The position numbers were made by a program, and so were the translations under genes. Below are positions 57,917 through 64,000 of a stretch of DNA of 64,000 bases, piece after piece; the first letter of the stretch is position 1; each line of letters opens with the position of its first letter. The stretch spans positions 59,878 to 123,877 of the forward strand of contig CBFFRQ010000086.1 of assembly GCA_965644315.1 (NCBI GenBank). Reading direction: 5' to 3'. The stretch comes from Caecitellus pseudoparvulus (Eukaryota; Protista; Bigyra: Bicosoecida). The notes beneath the pieces are model-generated. The model was not told where the DNA came from. It searched no databases and was given only the letters and a program-made list of their open reading frames with translations.

Positions 57917-59807
57917 TCAGCCATGCGTTGGCGAGCTCTCTGCACTGGCGAGAAGCCGGCCCGAGGAGTGCCCGGCAGCACTGCCCTGCCGCCGCACAGA
58001 CGCCCTCAAGGCGCGGGACTGCTCCAGGCTCTGCCGTGTGCTTGTCAGGCCGCGGCGCCCGCTGCTACGCTTGGACGCTGTGTGGCCGGCACTGGCCAGC
58101 ATGGCAGCTGCGAAGGCGCCGGCTGTTGTGTGGGACGCTGCACTGGCGACTGACGCGGTCCCTGGGGAGGAGTGTCTTGAGCTGGCTGCAGGGCGGGGCG
58201 GCGAGGGGGGGGGCAGAGGGGGGTGCGCGGGGGGGGGCTCGTCGCCCGCCACCGCCCCTACCCCCCCCCCGCACAGTCACGCGGGCGACTGACAACGTAG
58301 TGGCGGGGGACAGGCTGGGCGCTGGGGCTGCCGCTGGAGCAGGGGTAGGGGCAGGGGTAGGGGCAGGCGAGAGGGCTTGGGGGACGTAGCGCATGGCTGG
58401 CTGGGTGTGTGTCTCGCCCCTGCCAGAGGAAGGTGCAGCTGCAGCGTGCCCGGCGGAGACAGGCTGGGCTGCAGCGGCAGTGCTGGACTGTGCTGCACGC
58501 AGCACCTCCTCCACCGTCTTAACCTGGGCCTTGGGCGCTTGCTGCGTGGTTGTCGGGGGTTGCCTGGTTGCGACGGCGGAGTGCCCGGCCGCCCAGCCTG
58601 GCGGCGCGGCAGGGCTGGATGAGGGCGCACTGCGCTGCCCGGTCGCCGGGGACAGGGTGAAGCGGGGCACCTCCGCCAGTTGCAGTCCAGACAGGGGCGT
58701 CAAGCCGGCCACTGCTTCCATGAGGCCGCCGTGTCGAGCAATGGCGCTGGGCTCACTTGACACCGGCATTGGCGCCGCTTGGCTCAGGATACCACTCTGG
58801 CTGGGCGCAGGCACTGGCGCCGCATGCCGTGGCAGCGGCGTGGGGGAGGCAAGAGCCGACAACCCAGCACTGTGCCCTGCATATCCTGTCGGCTCAGCGC
58901 TGGTGGCAGGCTCCCCCGGGCTGAGCAGCTGCTGCAAGGCCGCCAGGGGAGCAGGGGACGTGCCAGGGGACGCGGTGGCGCCGTGTGCTTCCCGGTGCAG
59001 GTCGGCCACCACCCGCCCAGCGCTGTCCTTCAGCGCAGTCAAGGCTTGCTGCAGCTGCTGCACCTGTCGCTGCAGGGCGCTCTCCCTAGCTGCTGCTGCG
59101 TCGGCTGAGGCCTGAGCGTGTTTGCGCTCTGCCTGCAGCTGTTCGGAGGCGCTGGTCAAGTCTGCCCTGGCGCTGTCCAGGCTCTGCTGCAGGGTTCGCA
59201 CCGTCTCCGCCTCGGCAGCCGCTAGCTCCTCAGCTTCTGTGGCGGCGGCGGTGGCCGCGGCAGCCGCCTCTCTGGCTGCCTTGACACTCTTACGGGCTGC
59301 ATCTCGAGATGAACGCGTGGCCTCAAGCTCGCGCTGCAACTTGGCATTCTCTGCTGCCGCCGCTGCCACCTGCTCTTGCAGGCGCTGCACCTCGCCTTGC
59401 CAGTGGGCAGTCAAGGGGCCGGTGAACTGCCGCTCCAAGTCCTTGATCATGGCTCGCACTGCATACATGTCCACGCCCCCCGACCCACCAGCAGCGTGGT
59501 GCTTTGGAGGCCCTGCTTTTCGAGGCACACTGCTGCTGCGTCTGTGCCGGGTGGTGCCTTGCTCTCCCGAAGTTTCGCTTGCGTTTCCTGCTCGCTGCCG
59601 TTGCCGCGCAGCGCCTTGCAAGGGCTCCCGAGACCTCCAAGAGGAAGACCGGCTCCGCAACATGGGTGTCGTGGAAGTGTCTCGCGACAGGGGAATCATG
59701 CGGGTCAGCTCCGCATCTGTCTCTTGCATGAGCACTTGCAGGGCTTGGTCAGACAGGTCAGCGGGAGGTGGCTGACTTGCAGCTGCAAGGTCAGTCTCCG
59801 CAGCCAT
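57917..59807 (-). CDS. Hypothetical coiled-coil protein with P/A-rich C-terminus; probable frameshift near 58265
   Basis: Long Ala/Glu/Gln coiled coil (WQGEVQRLQEQVAAAAAENAKLQRELE...). A protein-like tail continues in another frame after a G10 run. Confidence 0.55.
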
Positions 59808-59912
59808 GGCCGCCGCCCCGCGCACTGCGGCAGGGACCGTGGGCGCTGACTCTGCTCGCACTCACCAGCCCTTGCGCTGCATGCGTGTGTCGCGTGAATT
59901 GTGCGCCCGGCG

Positions 59913-62006
59913 TCACTCATCCTCGGGCATGTCCCCGGCGTCCTCCTCACCCTCCTCTTCATCCTCCTCCTCCTCCTGCCCTGCCGTCATGGGCGTGCCC
60001 TCGCCCGTGCCAGGAGTGGACGGCGTCCTGAACGACGCCGCCGACGTGGAGGTGGTTGTGCGTCGCAGCTTCACTTGTGCCAGGGCGGCATCCCCAGCCC
60101 GCGGGCGAGGCGTCTCGCCGGGCAGCGTCACACCAGCGTGAGTGGCGGCAGCGTCCAGAGCGGCGCTGGTGGCGGTGCGCACGGCGCCCCCTGGCACGGC
60201 CTGCGACACCCGGAACACCATGGGCGTCGTCTCCAGTGTGCGGTTGTTCAGCAACACCACCGTGCCAGTGGTGGAGAACGTCGGCACGGCAACCACCCGG
60301 GTGGCACACAGCAGGCCACTGGCCGAGGCAGCTGCAGCTGCAGCGGAGGGGTCAGCCCCTGCTGTCCCCAGGGTGGACATGTGGGCCTCCTGTGCCGCAG
60401 AGGTGGCCATCGTGTGTGCGTCGAAGCTGACGGCAGTGGGTGTGACCAGGGCGGACCCATAGCAAGGCTGGTTGCCAGCGAACAACACATGTGGTGCGTC
60501 CAGGTGGGTCACCACGAACGGGTCCGTGTTGAAGAAGGGGTAGGCAGCCAGGGTGTCTGGCGCCGTGGGGGCCAGGTGCCGCCAGTACAGCATGTTGGCC
60601 AGTGTGCTGGTGCGTGCGACGGGGTCGTGGGCAGGCAGCGGGGGCGCCCCCAGAGCAGCACAGCCCTCCCTCTCCACACACGCCAGCGGCACGTAGCTGG
60701 TGGTGTACGCCATGACGTTGTCCACCGTCTGCCCTGCTGTCCCCGCCATGCGCAAGCCGTCCACCTCCTGGTCCAGAGGGTTGGGCGCACACGTCACAGT
60801 GCTGCTGCGACATGCCATGGGCAGCAGGACGGGGTGCAGGGGCTGTTGCGGCAGCGTGACGTTGGCAGGGTCGCCCTGCCCCGGCATGATGTCTAGGGCC
60901 ACGCAGGCTGCCCAGGAAGCCAGCAGCATGTCTGCCTCAGCCAGGGGGGCTGCCAGCGCCGCCTGCATGTCGCTGGGCACGGCCTTGGCGCAGAGGAACT
61001 CATCCGCAGCGGTGCCTGCGCGTGGGGCGACGAGGCCGCCGGCGACGACCACCCGCGAAATACGCGCAGATCCACAACGGTCCCCCACACCCCCCACACT
61101 GCCGCGAATGAAGTCGGTGAGCAGTTGCAGCGGCAGCGGGTCCGACCCCCCCCCGCAGTGCAGGCCACTGGTGAGCAGAGTGAAGGTGTCTGGTGCAGAC
61201 GCAGGGGGGGCTGCAGTGCCCAGGGGCGCCAAGACGGCCTGCCCCCCCGGGTGTGGCGTCGGGTGTGGCGCCATGCCTAGGAAGTGCAGGGTGTGCACGC
61301 GCAGCTCGCCGGAAGGCGCGACTTCGCCCACCACCCCTGCCACGACGCCGGTGACGACGTTGGCAGTGAGGGAAGCATGAATGTCCAGCGTCACACGCCC
61401 AGACATGTCCTCCAGCACGACGGAGTCATCCTCGGAGCAGTAGTTGTCCATGGTGCGGGGAGGGCCCACCCCCACCGAGCGCTCATTCGTGAACTCGTTC
61501 AGGATGTTGGGCTTCAGCTTCATGTCCTTGAACAGCGTGCCGACCACGGCAACCTTCCCGCCTGGCTTGAGGGCGATGATGCGATCCACAACGGGGATGG
61601 CCCCCGACTCTGCGCACCAGGGGGGGTGGCGGATGGCAAACGGTGGGCATGGGGCGAGGGAGTTTCAAACGCCGCAGTGCACCACGCACCAACGTCGGCA
61701 TTGCGGCTCTTGAGGACAGTGAACATGCCACCTCGCAGCTGCATGAGCCGCTTCTGGTAGATGTGCGTGTACTGCCGCTGGAAGTTCTTGCCCTTGACCA
61801 GGTAGCGCTGGAATTTCGGGGTGCTCTGAGACACTCCGCGTTTCACCACAGAGCCACCCCCAACCGACACGTCGCCCTCCTCGTCCACATGGCTCCTGCA
61901 CGTGAACGTGGGCAAGGGGTGGGTCAATGTGCACTAGGACCAGCAGGGGGAGGGTGCATTGGCACACGCACACGTCCAAAAAGGTGCCTTGGAAGGTGGA
62001 AGCCAT
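59913..62006 (-). CDS. POLD2: DNA polymerase delta small subunit (POLD2), multi-exon
   Basis: FQRQYTHIYQKRL, VGTLFKDMKLKPNIL, LEDMSGRV, MPGQGDPANVTLPQQPLHP and WRHLAPTAPDTLAAYPF..DPF..PHVLFAGNQ. Confidence 0.95.
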
Positions 62007-62183
62007 GGTGTCCCTGCGCAGCACTTGCCCGGGTTTGTCTGAGCACCGGCGCTTGCTGCACGGTTGTGGAACGGGGCGGAGCAGCCTGCAGTGTTTCCTA
62101 GTTTGAGCATGGCCCTGGCTTTGCATTGAGCCACGCAACAAGCATGGGGGCCCGACCCCCCCTGGTTCACAGAGCTCCGCAAA

Positions 62184-63835
62184 TCACTTCTCCCGCTTGT
62201 AAATCTTCGCCAGCAGGCCCTTGAACACATCCCCCGGCAAAGTGCCCTCCTCGTCCACCTGCGTGATCTTCATCTGCAGCGCCTTGTAGCTGGCCTCCTC
62301 GTAGGCCTTGAAGTCTGCCTCCAGGCCCAGCTCCACGTACAGCGCCTTCACCGCCGCCACGCTCGCGTCATCGTGCTTGCCGTAGTGTGCCTGAGAAGGA
62401 GGGGGGTTGACATTGACATGTAGCCACACAATCTTAGAGGTGCGCTGGGGGAAGCAGCGCGTCTCACCACGCATGCAGCGTTGCTGTTGGCAGGCGCCCC
62501 ACGGCCCAGCACATGGGGAGGTACTGGGCCAAAGCGGTTTGCCTGCCGTGCTGCTGCGTGGAGGTCCAGCACGCGGCACTCACTTTCAACGTCTCCAGCT
62601 GCGCAGGGGTGCCCTTCTTCAGCGCCTGCACCACCAGCCAGGAGCACTTGTTGTCCTGGATGTCGGTGCCCACCTTGCCGATGACCTCGGGAGCCCCATA
62701 GCAGTCCAAGTAATCATCCTGCACCTGGAAGTACGTGCCCATCTCCACAAGGATGTCCTTGGCCACTTGCAGGTTGCCCACGGTGGCCTTGCCAGACAGC
62801 ACCAGGGCCAGGGCAATGGGCAGGTAGAAGGAGTAGAAGGCCGTCTTGTACTTGACAATGTACATGTACCTGTCCAGGGTGAATCGGCTCAAGTCGGGAG
62901 GGCCGTCCATGGGGTTGGAGGTCAAGTCCAGCAGCTGCCCCAGCTCCGTCTGCACTGTCGTCTCCAGGAACAGGTCCAGCAGCTGGCCGTACATGACCGG
63001 GTGGGACTCCGCGAAGTGCTTGCGCAGGAGCAGGTAGATGTGGGACTTCAGCAGGAAGGAGTCGTTCACGGCGATGTTGCCGATCTCGGGCAGCTTGTAC
63101 CAGCACGGCGCGCCTCGGCGCGTCTGGCTGGCGTCCATGAGGTCATCAGCCACCAAGAAGAATGCTTGCAGCTGCAGGGCAGGGTGGGCGTGCGTGCACG
63201 CCTGCGGTGCCCTGAACGGCGGCAGGGCAGCAACTCACCCACTCCACACACCACCCAAGCAAGGCTGACTGCTGCAATTCCGTGGCGGTGAGGGGCGTGC
63301 TGCCCTTGATGCTCTGCAGGGCGTGCACGACAGTCAAGCCACGGTTCAGCTTGCCGCCCGGCACTGTGTACTCGATCATCTGCGCCAGGGCGGGAGTATC
63401 ACGCCCATTGAAGCAGGTGCAGCCTTCGCCACCACCACACAGCCGCCGGGAACGCACCCGCTTGATGTACGCCAGGGCCTCCTCTGACAGCTCGTACTTG
63501 GGGAGGATGTCTGTGATCAATTCATCTGTAAGGGTCTTGAAAGTGGCCAGAAACTCTGCAGGGTGGGGAAGGAGGACCGTGCTTGCGCAATCCCTAGTGG
63601 TGGCTGCGGAACTTGCACACGCACCCTCCTTGCCGTAGGCCTCTGGGCTTCCGGAGGCAGCCTGTGAGGGAAGACACGAAGCTGAGCGTGAGCAGTGCAC
63701 TACTTGAAGCAGGGGACAGCGGCAAAACAGTGCAGGTCATTCAGCGTGGCAGGCGTGACGCACAGACCGCTTGCCAGTGTCAGCTGGAGCTGCGTCAGCA
63801 GCTCGCTTCACTCCGCCAGTGGCTGCAGCTGCCAT
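62184..63835 (-). CDS. FDPS: Farnesyl diphosphate synthase, multi-exon
   Basis: [32 protein letters not shown] (FARM), [14 protein letters not shown] and [23 protein letters not shown] (SARM), ending KIYKREK. The start codon is tentative. Confidence 0.95.
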
Positions 63836-64000
63836 GGCGGTGGAGGGTGTAACAGCAGGAGGATGCACGCAGATGCATCAAGTTGTGACACAGACGAAAA
63901 CGTGTCGGTGAGTCGTGGAATGTGGCAACGGAAGAGGGCTGGCGAATGGATGGTGTTGCTGGGGCCAGTCGACGGCTCAGGTTTCGGCAGCGGTCTGGCG

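Noticed and set aside
1453-63835. Acetyl-CoA-related genes (MPC1, MLYCD, OXCT1, FDPS) as a metabolic cluster
   Set aside because: They are widely spaced and interleaved with unrelated housekeeping genes, which is compatible with chance.
1-64000. Hundreds of overlapping and antisense ORFs, e.g. 44770..46284 +, 53663..55213 + and 56196..57902 -
   Set aside because: These are shadow ORFs expected from high GC3 coding sequence on the opposite strand, and they carry no independent motifs.

Overview
This is gene-dense, GC-rich eukaryotic nuclear DNA with short GT-AG introns, not prokaryotic sequence. The gene set and style suggest a flagellated heterotrophic protist, possibly a stramenopile such as a bicosoecid (inference only). 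About 21 protein genes and two identical intron-containing tRNA-Tyr(GTA) genes can be supported. Recognisable genes are MPC1, a calpain-like protease, a ferric reductase, LIS1, an ABCG half-transporter, a PAC1-like protein, malonyl-CoA decarboxylase, a C-type-lectin receptor, an Sfi1-like protein, an SLC35E-like transporter, a GPR107-like protein, SCOT, ataxin-2, POLD2 and FPPS. There are also three TmcB/TmcC-like multi-TM PAS proteins. The most striking signal is the tandem TmcB-like pair (about 11.6-24.8 kb). Four blocks of about 0.9-1.4 kb are almost base-identical between the copies, including an intron. The linkers and tails between them are unalignable and the 5' exons are strongly diverged. 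Each identical block also runs from C-rich at its 5' end to G-rich at its 3' end, largely at synonymous sites. This looks like block-restricted gene conversion that leaves a strand-asymmetric footprint. All calls come from reading motifs by eye, and exon boundaries are approximate.
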